Assembly (NCBI GenBank): GCA_002778785.1
Contig: PEZS01000001.1
Span: forward strand, 13,894-77,893
Reading direction: 5' to 3'
Length of the DNA stretch: 64,000 nt
Source of the DNA: Bdellovibrionales bacterium CG10_big_fil_rev_8_21_14_0_10_45_34
Lineage (GTDB): Bacteria; Bdellovibrionota; Bdellovibrionia; Bdellovibrionales; 1-14-0-10-45-34
Positions 44,731-53,792 of the stretch are shown here, piece by piece. The stretch's first letter is position 1. Every line of letters begins with the position of its first letter. The position numbers and the translations under genes are program-made. The notes beneath the pieces were generated by a model, which saw only the letters and a program-made list of their open reading frames with translations, did no database searches and was not told the origin of the DNA.

Positions 44731-44897
44731 ATCAAATGCCACAATGGAATTCCTCCTGCCAGCCAATTTCCAAATTCTCTGAGCCAACATTAGGAGGTCC
44801 CTTTGCAAACAAATTTGATTCCTTGGCCGATCGCCGGTCGAAGCTGGAATCTGACTTGATAAGTTGAGATACTTTAGCAAATGACTTCGAAAGATCT

Positions 44898-45968
44898 CTA
44901 ATTGTAATTTGCATTTGATACTCCGAGCTCGACGACCCCGTCTTGGGACTTGTATATAACGGCCGACAGTTGTTTTCCTAGGTGTGAACGCAGGACTTCA
45001 AAAGCTCTTCTTCTGGCTCCCCCCATAACTGATCCAGAATCTTTTGAATCAAGAGAAGAGCCCTTGATAAAGCAGCTATAGCCGACAATAGCACCCACTG
45101 TATCGACCACCGTAATTCCATCCATACTCGCCATTCGACGAATCAGCTGACTCCAAGCAACTAATTGCTGATGGGAATCGCGCATATCTGATTCCATAAG
45201 TTTTGAAATGCCAAATGAAACTTCGATTCGCTTTTCGAGTAAAATACCATCTCGAAAGAAAGAAGGAACGCTCTTTTGATGAGGAATCACGGCAAGTAAA
45301 GTTCCATGGTTCGAGTGCAGAATGTCTACGCCCAATCGATTGTAAAAGGATTGCAGCTTACTTTTTAGTTCTGACGGTGCATCCTTTGTCGCAATCTTCA
45401 TAAAATTTCGAATCATGTCTTTTGGATTTACGACCTCTTCGTGGTCTCCCATCATATTTACGAATTGAAAAAGCCCCAGGCCACACCGGACCTCAATAAA
45501 GCTCCGTCCGAGTCGGGCTAACCCAATAACTTTTAGATCTTTGTTTTTATTCTGTCTTAGCCGCTCAAATGGTGTCGGGTTTACAGGAGAAGGGTCTGTT
45601 CTAAATATTCCATAGCTTATGGCCCTGTTTTTAAGTATTGCGTAGACCGCCCACTCGCGTCCTTCGGTAAGAGGTGCGGATTGTCTAAAGGCTTGATGTA
45701 CCGTTTCCCGATTTTGCGGTCCTGATCCGATCAATATTGGATCAATGCCATGAGCAACCGATAGAATCTCCTCCACATCTTCTCCGATAAAGACCGTCGG
45801 AAAGAGGTCGGTACCTTCCTCGCGATACATCGATAAAACAACAATAAACTCCGCTAGTAAATCCGCAGCAATATCCGATTGCTGAAAATCAGAAACGAAG
45901 GGAGTGATTTGTGACTGAAGGTAGCTACGAAAAGAAAGCACTCCCGTGTGATTTCTAAATTCTGCCAT
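44898..45968 (-). CDS. Hypothetical protein with C-terminal divergent DisA_N/diadenylate-cyclase-like domain
   Basis: HGTLLAVI, MASMDGITVVD, GGARRRAF, SQDG parallel the DAC motifs HGAL.., DGA, GxRHRxA, SxxG. Confidence 0.6.
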   Translation of the reverse strand: MAEFRNHTGVLSFRSYLQSQITPFVSDFQQSDIAADLLAEFIVVLSMYREEGTDLFPTVFIGEDVEEILSVAHGIDPILIGSGPQNRETVHQAFRQSAPLTEGREWAVYAILKNRAISYGIFRTDPSPVNPTPFERLRQNKNKDLKVIGLARLGRSFIEVRCGLGLFQFVNMMGDHEEVVNPKDMIRNFMKIATKDAPSELKSKLQSFYNRLGVDILHSNHGTLLAVIPHQKSVPSFFRDGILLEKRIEVSFGISKLMESDMRDSHQQLVAWSQLIRRMASMDGITVVDTVGAIVGYSCFIKGSSLDSKDSGSVMGGARRRAFEVLRSHLGKQLSAVIYKSQDGVVELGVSNANYN

Positions 45969-45977
45969 TGTGAGCCA

Positions 45978-46100
45978 TCATTCTGGTCTGCTATCTTTTT
46001 TGTCGTTTTCGTCGGTATTCTTTGAAATTCCAAGCAGTTCAGGAAAAAGAAACATACCTAAGAAGTAAACAGCAACTATTAAAATTAGGATTCCGGCCAT
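45978..46100 (-). CDS. 40-aa single-TM small protein (not in ORF track)
   Basis: Hand translation MAGILILIVAVYFLGMFLFPELLGISKNTDENDKKDSRPE; fills the gap between fur-like and DAC-like genes. Confidence 0.55.
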   Translation of the reverse strand: MAGILILIVAVYFLGMFLFPELLGISKNTDENDKKDSRPE

Positions 46101-46114
46101 AACTATTTCTATGC

Positions 46115-46585
46115 TCACAAACTCACCTCGACTTGGTTTTCTGATTCACAATCGGAGCACTGACCATAAAAAACTACGGAAAGGTTAGCTTTAGAAAAAT
46201 CATGAATCTCTTTAAGAGACTTTTCGATTCGGCGGAACAGTTTTGGATCACCAATTTTCACATCTCCACAGCCCTTACAAATGTAGTAGTGATGGACCTT
46301 GTTCCCAAAAATAAACTGATAGGCCTTTCCGGTCTTTGGAAGATACAATTCTTGAATCAGATCAAGCGAGATTAACTTTTCGATATTTCTATAAATTGTT
46401 GTGCGATCAACCTCGGGCAGGTTGCTTGCAACATACTCTTGGATTTCTTTGCTACTTACGTGCCTTCTTTGATTATCAAGGAAGAGCTGAATCAAAAGCT
46501 TCTTCGACGGAGTCATGCGAAGTCCTTTTGATTTCAAATATGCAAACAGTTCTTCTTGTTTCTTCACAGCTATTCCTTTATCCAC
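46115..46585 (-). CDS. Fur-family metalloregulator
   Basis: GLRMTP, TTIYRN, HHYYICKGCG, YGQCSDC. Confidence 0.9.
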   Translation of the reverse strand: MDKGIAVKKQEELFAYLKSKGLRMTPSKKLLIQLFLDNQRRHVSSKEIQEYVASNLPEVDRTTIYRNIEKLISLDLIQELYLPKTGKAYQFIFGNKVHHYYICKGCGDVKIGDPKLFRRIEKSLKEIHDFSKANLSVVFYGQCSDCESENQVEVSL

Positions 46586-47256
46586 ATCGTCAGGTGGCCA
46601 CTTTCAATATGTCGACTCTCAACCATTTTCCAATCATTTGGTACGCGACCTCCGTAACCGTGGAAAGTAATGAGAACTTTTCCAGGCTTAGCCCATGCAA
46701 GTTGCCGAAAGACCTCTGAGGTGTACCGTGCATAGTTCCTCACCGCAAAATCAATATTGTTTTCAATTGTTCCAGATTCGTCATCGGCGATTTGCTCCTG
46801 GAATGGGTTGTAAAGGTAGTAAATGTCAAAAAGACTCCAATTTAGGTCAAGCATGTTCATTTGAACAATCGAAATATCTTTGAAGCCGTTGACATCAACA
46901 ATGTGGTTCGCAATCTCGACGAAGTTTTCGCGTTGCTCGATGCCAAACACTTCATAGTTTGTCAAAATTCTTAGCAGAAAGCAGAGCTTTCCAACTCCGC
47001 AGCCGATATCGATTAAAGACCTTCGATCCATCGGTCTAATCCATTCTGAAATCTGTCGAGCCACATCGATCGAAGACCAATGAATGGCTGATTGTCGTTG
47101 ATAGTAGGGGGGGAAAATTAGATCAAACTCTGAATCCTCAACAGGTTCTCCCGAGCGGAGCTTTTCGATGATTCCACTTTCCAAGAGGGGCTCGTTGGAA
47201 AACGTTTTAGAAAATCGGTCAAGATTTCGAGATAGACTATGCATCCAAAACCTCAA
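46570..47256 (-). CDS. Class I SAM-dependent methyltransferase
   Basis: LIDIGCGVGK motif I, YLYNPF. Confidence 0.85.
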   Translation of the reverse strand: MRFWMHSLSRNLDRFSKTFSNEPLLESGIIEKLRSGEPVEDSEFDLIFPPYYQRQSAIHWSSIDVARQISEWIRPMDRRSLIDIGCGVGKLCFLLRILTNYEVFGIEQRENFVEIANHIVDVNGFKDISIVQMNMLDLNWSLFDIYYLYNPFQEQIADDESGTIENNIDFAVRNYARYTSEVFRQLAWAKPGKVLITFHGYGGRVPNDWKMVESRHIESGHLTMWIKE

Positions 47257-47671
47257 TTTCCTGATCCAATTGATGAACTAGCGAATCCATTCCATTTTGG
47301 TTTCGACATTCCGATGCACGCACCAAAGTTGCCAAGTCTTTCTCATCGTTCATTTCAACAACAATGATCCATCCCCCGTTGAAAGGGTCGTCGTTCAAAA
47401 TTCCTGGATCCGTGAAAAGACTCTCATTTACTTCGATTAGTGTGCCCGAGACCGGACTAACGAAATCATGCGTAAATTTCACGGACTCAATTGAAAATAA
47501 ACTCTCGCCCTTGTGGACCAGCTTTCCGATGTCAGGTAAATCTAAAAAAAGAACTTCACCAAGCCAACTCAAGCGAAAGTCTGTCAGTCCAATGGATACT
47601 AAATTTTCATCGACCCGGATCCATTCACCATTGTGAGAAAGATAGAGATTTTCTGAGACAGTAAAATTCAT
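47237..47671 (-). CDS. Glycine cleavage H-like lipoyl-carrier protein
   Basis: HxEW-like start, IGLTDF, ESVK (lipoyl Lys), SPVSG..IEVN, N.DPF..GW. Confidence 0.85.
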   Translation of the reverse strand: MNFTVSENLYLSHNGEWIRVDENLVSIGLTDFRLSWLGEVLFLDLPDIGKLVHKGESLFSIESVKFTHDFVSPVSGTLIEVNESLFTDPGILNDDPFNGGWIIVVEMNDEKDLATLVRASECRNQNGMDSLVHQLDQEIEVLDA

Positions 47672-47730
47672 TTTCAGACCCTTCTATTGTCACAAGGGGA
47701 TTAAAACATTCATAATATGCCCTTTAATAT

Positions 47731-47780
47731 AACTGCATCATGTTGCATTAGCAAAATAATTAATGCAACATGATGCAGTT
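47731..47780. promoter_or_regulatory. Perfect 20-bp inverted repeat, candidate double operator for the Fur-family regulator
   Basis: AACTGCATCATGTTGCATTA-N10-TAATGCAACATGATGCAGTT, ~60 bp upstream of the gcvH-like start. Confidence 0.65.
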
Positions 47781-47989
47781 AGGTACCGTCTGTTTTTCAG
47801 AAAGCATCCGAGTTTGAATCGATAGTTAGCCGAGATAGGCAGAATCAGGACTCGGGAAAAAACGCATGCAAAATAGCTACAAAGATGAGGCTAGGATGGT
47901 CTAGATTCCATTCAAGATGTTAAGATCTATTTTGTTTCCCTCGTGAATCAATCCCTTTAATATCTTGCCTTTAATCAGCATCGTCATAG

Positions 47990-48169
47990 TTACTTAGTTT
48001 TCCCAACAAGCTGCTGATTAACCGAAAGCATTCGAATTAGGCCCGTCCTCTTGCTCGAAAATGCCTTTTGTTGAATGTCTGTAAGAACCGAAACAAATAC
48101 GCCAGTAATCACCAAAATTCCAATCAGTCGAAATAGAATTGGAAATACTCTAAATACTATTGAATCCAT
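47990..48169 (-). CDS. 59-aa small membrane protein (not in ORF track)
   Basis: SD GGAGG then MDSIVFRVFPILFRLIGILVITGVFVSVLTDIQQKAFSSKRTGLIRMLSVNQQLVGKTK. Confidence 0.6.
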   Translation of the reverse strand: MDSIVFRVFPILFRLIGILVITGVFVSVLTDIQQKAFSSKRTGLIRMLSVNQQLVGKTK

Positions 48170-48236
48170 AGGTGCCTCCGCGAAAAGGAAAGCTTCCTTT
48201 TTTGTGAAAGTCCAACAGTACAGTTGGGGTTTGGAG

Positions 48237-49283
48237 TCATTTCTTTAGGGTGAACGAGCTGCCCGTATATTCGTTTTTAAATGAGTTTTGATCGATTTTG
48301 ATGGCCTTGTCATTCCAGCCGAAGGTCATCGGTTCTCTGAGATCGAAAATACGAGCTAAAAGAAATGTTCCTTGAGCCACCTTCTGCTCTAGTTGTGTTG
48401 GGCTTATCAATAGGTCCGAGATCGGGCGCGCATGCCGCTCAACTTCCGATCTCATACCTCCTAAATCAGAGAGCACAGGGACTCCATCGAACGCTAGGCT
48501 CGAAATCCAATAGAGATCCCGCTCACCAATCAGTTTAAAAAAGTAAGGGACATCGCCGCGCTCAAGTTGAACTCGCTCTTCAAGCAATAAATCTTCAATA
48601 CTAATTTCGCCAGCAAGATGGGCGAGGTAGTATTTGGTATTTCTTAAAATCACTCGAATCGGAACGGTGGAATTTATCTTCTCGCTAAGTAGTGATCGTA
48701 ATGGATCTATGTTTTGAAAAACAATGTCGAAGAGATCGAAGTACCCAGCTAAAATTCTTCGTTTCTGATCCGCCGTAAACGAAGCGAGTCCGCTCCCGAT
48801 GTTTTGTGCGCCCGATCTTTCAAACGACAGGTCTTTGTATGGTAAGAGCGCTGTTTCGCTGGGAAGCAATAAGTTGGTTAGAGCAACCTCAGCATCTATG
48901 ACTTGAAGTCCGCCTTTTGTAGGGACCAAATTATGTTTATGAAGATCACGTATTCCAAAAATATATGAATACGCAAGAATGACACCAAATGAATAAAAGT
49001 GGGGGTCATCTATCTCGATGCCTTCAGGGGAAACTATTTCTCGCGAAATGCCTTCCCAATCATTGATCCGTTGGATTTCTAAATTAAATAAGTATGACGA
49101 TAGTGTTCTTGAATCATTACGACCACTTTTTTCAAAGAACGGTGCTAAGACGCTATCATTTCCAAAAAATAGTTGTTCCCAAAAAATGGAGCGAGGCTTC
49201 CGATACCAAGGACCGGAAGCCTGCTCAAAGCGTTGCACGCTTTTGCCGAAGTTATGTTTATCCGCGACAAAAGCAGATCGCAT
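48237..49283 (-). CDS. Stand-alone LanM-type dehydratase/kinase domain (DUF4135-like), no LanC cyclase
   Basis: DKHNFGKSV, YRKPRS, YIFGIRDLHKHNL, IDAE, IRVILRNTKYY, EERVQLERGDVPYF match class II lanthipeptide synthetase N-terminal motifs. Confidence 0.8.
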   Translation of the reverse strand: MRSAFVADKHNFGKSVQRFEQASGPWYRKPRSIFWEQLFFGNDSVLAPFFEKSGRNDSRTLSSYLFNLEIQRINDWEGISREIVSPEGIEIDDPHFYSFGVILAYSYIFGIRDLHKHNLVPTKGGLQVIDAEVALTNLLLPSETALLPYKDLSFERSGAQNIGSGLASFTADQKRRILAGYFDLFDIVFQNIDPLRSLLSEKINSTVPIRVILRNTKYYLAHLAGEISIEDLLLEERVQLERGDVPYFFKLIGERDLYWISSLAFDGVPVLSDLGGMRSEVERHARPISDLLISPTQLEQKVAQGTFLLARIFDLREPMTFGWNDKAIKIDQNSFKNEYTGSSFTLKK

Positions 49284-49357
49284 TAGTGACCACTTTCTCC
49301 GCCTTCAAAGGCCTCCGACTGAGTGATCAACTCGTCGAGATTAATTTCGATTGGCAT
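49283..49357 (-). CDS. Putative 24-aa precursor peptide MPIEINLDELITQSEAFEGGESGH (not in ORF track)
   Basis: SD GAAGGGAG 5 nt before ATG; start overlaps 3' end of the kinase gene; TAA overlaps ATG of the dehydratase (TAATG). Confidence 0.75.
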   Translation of the reverse strand: MPIEINLDELITQSEAFEGGESGH

Positions 49358-51128
49358 AGGTACTCCCTTCGTTTGATCCGCGATGACCAGAAATTTGGGC
49401 ATCATCAGACCTGTTTAAAATTGAAATCTGCATATTTGCTAAATTGGATTTAGATATTAGGCGAATGCGATTTCGTCTTGCTTCCGAGATAACGGGATCA
49501 CTATCAGCCATGCCCGTTATCAAACGAGCCTCTAGTGCGAGATCGTAGCGCGCAATAAGATCGATACCATTTGTGTGATCGGTCTTTAAGTCATAGTCCA
49601 TGAAGTAGACTCTCGAACCAAAGTCTCCAGGTCCATGCTGCGCCATCCATAATTCAAATTCTTGCGCCGAATATAGGTTCACTCTCTTAACGCCACTGTC
49701 CTCGGGAATCTTTAATTGCCAGCACTGGTGAATTAGCGGATCGTCGTCAAGAATCACGACAGTCTGAGTTTTATCTATTTCGATAGAAGGCAGTTCGCTT
49801 GCCTTCGCCGTTACCGGGAACTCTAATTTGACAGTTGTTCCGCTGCCAATCTCTGAATCGATCTCGATTTTTCCGCCAAGTGTTTGAATCGTAGAGAGTG
49901 CGTGCGATAAACCTAGCCCTGTCCCATTCGGTTTTCCAAAAGTCGCGCCCTCTTTCATCAATAGAGGCAAACGATCTTTAGGAATTCCACATCCTGTATC
50001 TTTTATGGATATAGCGGCTTGATTCTTGGTTAGTTGGACAGAAACCTCAATTTTGCCTTTAGCAGAGATAGATTCTCCTGCATTGTCTAAAATATTTCTA
50101 AACATCGACTCGATTTCCGTTGAGATCCCCTTAATAGGTATTTGAGAGACATCGTTATGTAGAAAAGCTAGCTGCACGCGCTCTGGAAGCCGTTCTTTGA
50201 AATCAGTGATTGTTCTACTCAGAATTAAATGAATATCTACGTCGTGTGCCGTTTCAACCGCACGAACTTTACGGGCTGTAAGAAGGGCTTGCGACGACAT
50301 CAAAACATTATTGACGCCTTCAATAAGTCTAAATTTTTGTTCTTCGGAAATATCTAAAACGGAAATTCTCATCTGAAGTGAAGCGAGTGGTCCTTTTATA
50401 TTGTGAGCAAGATGTTCGGCCATCTTGAGGCGACCAAGATCAAAGCTTTGTTTAGCAGCGGACTCTTCCAGAATTTTAATCTGACTGATGAATGAAAGCA
50501 GGGATGCGTCTAAGTTTTTAACTTCTTCAATGTTGGAACTCTCAAACTGAGCGTGATATTCGTCGGGTCCGGGAGATTGCCCATAAGAATTAGACAGCCA
50601 GGTGGCGCGATTTTCTATAGGCGAAGTAATTTCCCGAATTGTTTTAAAAAGCTTCGACCTAATCAAAAGATAACAACCAGACAGAAAAATAAAGAACGTA
50701 GTCGATAGTAAAATGCTAGAAAATATTACTCCGGCGAGATCAAGCTCAATGTGAATTTCGAGATTTTGGTTTGATGGGAGAGCGAACTTCTCATTTGCAA
50801 AAGACGACAACAATCCAAACTTTTGAAGTTGACCAGAGTGCGCAATAAGTTGCCCATCAACATAAATATCTGAGCGCATGTCTATATCTTGAGTCGCTCG
50901 CCACGCCTCCGTCAGTCGCGCAGCCTCGCGATCAATATCAGCCATGCTCTGCGCTGTAATTCCTGCGGTAGCAATCTCTTTTAAATGCGAGGTTATAAGA
51001 TTGATTGCTTTGTCTTTAATTTGGGTAACTGAAAAATATGTGTTTAGACTAAGGACGAGAAAGCCCAGCGCGGCTGTAACCACAAAAACGAAATTCATCT
51101 GTGACTGAAGACGCGTGGCTAATTTCAA
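49341..51128 (-). CDS. Membrane hybrid sensor histidine kinase with C-terminal receiver-like domain
   Basis: Two TMs, AHNIKGPL H-box, NILDNA, DTGCGI, GTGLGL; VVILDDD..FMDYDL..NGIDLI receiver. Confidence 0.9.
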   Translation of the reverse strand: MKLATRLQSQMNFVFVVTAALGFLVLSLNTYFSVTQIKDKAINLITSHLKEIATAGITAQSMADIDREAARLTEAWRATQDIDMRSDIYVDGQLIAHSGQLQKFGLLSSFANEKFALPSNQNLEIHIELDLAGVIFSSILLSTTFFIFLSGCYLLIRSKLFKTIREITSPIENRATWLSNSYGQSPGPDEYHAQFESSNIEEVKNLDASLLSFISQIKILEESAAKQSFDLGRLKMAEHLAHNIKGPLASLQMRISVLDISEEQKFRLIEGVNNVLMSSQALLTARKVRAVETAHDVDIHLILSRTITDFKERLPERVQLAFLHNDVSQIPIKGISTEIESMFRNILDNAGESISAKGKIEVSVQLTKNQAAISIKDTGCGIPKDRLPLLMKEGATFGKPNGTGLGLSHALSTIQTLGGKIEIDSEIGSGTTVKLEFPVTAKASELPSIEIDKTQTVVILDDDPLIHQCWQLKIPEDSGVKRVNLYSAQEFELWMAQHGPGDFGSRVYFMDYDLKTDHTNGIDLIARYDLALEARLITGMADSDPVISEARRNRIRLISKSNLANMQISILNRSDDAQISGHRGSNEGSTYANRN

Positions 51129-52633
51129 TCAGCCCTCATCTCTATCGTCTCAAATAGCATCGTATGGTAGCCCATGGGATGAGACGGTATGCGTTTCACC
51201 TTCTGGCTCCACAGTCCAGAGGCATCAGTGCCAAACATAAGAGGAATTGTAGTGTGATGTCTTAAGGCTAAGTTTTGGGTTTCTTTGTAGAGCGAGATTC
51301 GTTTCTGCGTGTCGAATTCTCTCATTGCCTCATCAATTTTTTTATCTACCGCTGGATCACTAATGTGAAAGTAATTTGCGTCGTAGTTTGCTCGGAAATA
51401 TGTCAGAACCGAGATGCCGTCTGGATAGTCCATACCCTTTCTCGCGACGACAGATTCCGAAATTTTGCCAAAAAGACGTCTTAGTTTTTCTGCCTTTGAC
51501 ATGGGATTTAAGGTGATGGAAATTTTATCGTGAGTCCAAACCCGCGTTAGATATTTAATAATTTTTACTTCTAATTCGACATCCGGGTCGTAGTCTAACT
51601 TGAACGAAATTGATTTACCTGAGTAGGACGTCTTTTCGACTGGGTTGACATCAGACTTTTCCATTTCGCCAGGAAAACCCTTGGGGATAAAACCGTAGGC
51701 CGGTTTAAATATTGGGTGTGCAACTTCCCGAATTAAATCTTCCGAGCTTACCTTTGAAGCTAAATATTTTCTGGCTGCTAAATCTACATACTTTGGATTT
51801 AGAACAATATAAGTTTCGCTAGTGAGAACGGTTGGAACAGCTCCCCATGATTTTGCTTCTAAAGCAGCTTGATCCTTCGAACTTACTGGATCGTTATCCA
51901 GAGTATCCGTCTCATCCTTCATTGCAAGCTCTACCGGATTCTCGGAGCTTCCAAAAAAGATAATTTTCTCTGGCGGGTTGATACTATCGAAAGGGTCTTT
52001 TCTCCATTTTGTTAGCTTCAGTCGATTGTTTTCGGAAGATTCAAGTTTATATGGCCCGCTGAATCCGTCTGGCAGTTCCTTTGGGTTGCTCAAAGATTTT
52101 AGGTTAAATATTGCACAATCAGAAACGGCCATGTGCTTGATGAATAGAACGGATGGAAAAGAGAGCATAAACTCTACTTCGTCGTCCGATATGACTTTGA
52201 TACCAAGATCATTTAGGTTCTTAGTTTTGGCGAAAGTTTTTGCGCCTTTGATGTAGTCAATATCCGCGCCAATTGCAGCTCCGACAAGAAACAATCGTGC
52301 GAAACTTAACTGAACATTTTTTGCAGTGATGCGATCTCCGTTAGAAAATGTGGCGGGCTTTAGTTTAAATTTATAGCTCGTGCGGTCCGCTGATTCTGTC
52401 CACGTATCGACAAGGTCTACTAAGACATCGCCGGTTGGGTTATAACGAAACAATCCTCGATATAACTGTGAATTTATCATCATTGAATAGGCATCTTCCA
52501 TCGCATGCGGGTCTAATTTAATGTCAACCTTCGGGTGGTGAATTTTCAATTCCAATGGTTCCTTTTCTTTCTTCGTACATCCGAACGAAAGTATTGCCCC
52601 GCACAGAAGTGCCCTAAAGAATCGAGCGTCCAT
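51125..52633 (-). CDS. Family-5 (oligopeptide-type) extracellular solute-binding lipoprotein, no ABC permease/ATPase adjacent
   Basis: Lipobox SFGC, LDPH, LYRGLFRY, W..S.D..SY.FKLK, FSNG..ITA, SGPYKL. Confidence 0.88.
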   Translation of the reverse strand: MDARFFRALLCGAILSFGCTKKEKEPLELKIHHPKVDIKLDPHAMEDAYSMMINSQLYRGLFRYNPTGDVLVDLVDTWTESADRTSYKFKLKPATFSNGDRITAKNVQLSFARLFLVGAAIGADIDYIKGAKTFAKTKNLNDLGIKVISDDEVEFMLSFPSVLFIKHMAVSDCAIFNLKSLSNPKELPDGFSGPYKLESSENNRLKLTKWRKDPFDSINPPEKIIFFGSSENPVELAMKDETDTLDNDPVSSKDQAALEAKSWGAVPTVLTSETYIVLNPKYVDLAARKYLASKVSSEDLIREVAHPIFKPAYGFIPKGFPGEMEKSDVNPVEKTSYSGKSISFKLDYDPDVELEVKIIKYLTRVWTHDKISITLNPMSKAEKLRRLFGKISESVVARKGMDYPDGISVLTYFRANYDANYFHISDPAVDKKIDEAMREFDTQKRISLYKETQNLALRHHTTIPLMFGTDASGLWSQKVKRIPSHPMGYHTMLFETIEMRAD

Positions 52634-53792
52634 CTTTAGATGCCTTTCTAGTTCGAGTCTGAGTTAGAAGGTAAACAATTGCACAGAGGGCGACTGAGGC
52701 TCTCAGTATCCCCTCAGAGAGAAGGGATACCTTGGGCGCGCCGAGACCTACCAAGAATTCTCCCGTAGCGAAAATCGCGACCATAATGCTCGAGCGGGCG
52801 CTCGAAACTCCGCCCAGCTTGTTGTCCGGCGTATCATGTTGAATGTGACCGGAGATTCTGTGGAAGATTGTCCAAAACGCGCAATCGCGCACAAAACAAA
52901 TTAAGAGCGATACAGAACCTGGACCCGGAACGACTCCAAGGAGGATGCAGCCGAGTCCAAGGACAGAAAAAAATGGTATGCTGCTGATCTTGTTCGTTAC
53001 ACTGCGCTCTAAAAATCCAGAAACCCAAACTGCTAGCCCGTAACTTACCGTGTATATTCCAATCCAGCTCTGATCGTTACCGGCGATCCTGGATGTGTAA
53101 GCCACCGTGCCCATCATTGAGGTAACCAAAATCATATCTAAAGTTATGGCCTGACGGTTGATGGTAAAAAGATCACGAAATTTTTGAGACCACTTTGAAA
53201 TCGTCTTAGTTGCCTGTGCAAATTCAATGTTCGGGATCATAAATGCGATAATTCCATTTACGATAAACGAGACGGCATCGACGATGATTGCAAAGCGTAA
53301 ATCGAAGTTGCTAATAATGAACCAAGCAAGGAGTCCTGAGAAAAGGGTCGCACCTTGGGTCGCTTTGTTAAACCAAATGGCCTGTCGGGCGTTGCCCGAA
53401 TAGGTATCATCGCTAAAGAATTTATTAATTCGGTTTCGACTGCCAATTTGAAACGAAACAACGATAGACCGCGTAACGCACAGGATTGCCAGCAGCAGAT
53501 AGTTCGTGTTGGCTTCTTGCCAAACGAAGTACAATGCCACCGACGCCATGGAGGCGAATATTTCTGCAAACGCAATGAGCCGCCTCGGCGGAATAACATC
53601 TGTAAGGTGTCCCCACGCAGCCGTAAAGAGCATTGGAATGAATCGTTGAAGCGCAAGTATCAGCGTGGCGTCGGCCAAACTGAAGTTTGCTTTCAGCATG
53701 AATGCAACTAATGCCAGATTAAAAGCAAAAGTTCCAACTGATGAAACAAGAATCCCTGAGTAGAACATTACGGCAATATTTCTAATGTTCAT
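52614..53792 (-). CDS. MFS transporter (exporter-like)
   Basis: ~12 hydrophobic segments, GHLTDVIPPRRL motif-A-like, VDAVSFIV; start MNIRN overlaps the regulator stop (ATGA). Confidence 0.85.
   Translation of the reverse strand: MNIRNIAVMFYSGILVSSVGTFAFNLALVAFMLKANFSLADATLILALQRFIPMLFTAAWGHLTDVIPPRRLIAFAEIFASMASVALYFVWQEANTNYLLLAILCVTRSIVVSFQIGSRNRINKFFSDDTYSGNARQAIWFNKATQGATLFSGLLAWFIISNFDLRFAIIVDAVSFIVNGIIAFMIPNIEFAQATKTISKWSQKFRDLFTINRQAITLDMILVTSMMGTVAYTSRIAGNDQSWIGIYTVSYGLAVWVSGFLERSVTNKISSIPFFSVLGLGCILLGVVPGPGSVSLLICFVRDCAFWTIFHRISGHIQHDTPDNKLGGVSSARSSIMVAIFATGEFLVGLGAPKVSLLSEGILRASVALCAIVYLLTQTRTRKASKDGRSIL

Noticed and set aside
48237-49357. Classical class II lanthipeptide cluster
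   Set aside because: No LanC-like cyclase domain, no Cys in the peptide, no LanT peptidase-ABC transporter.
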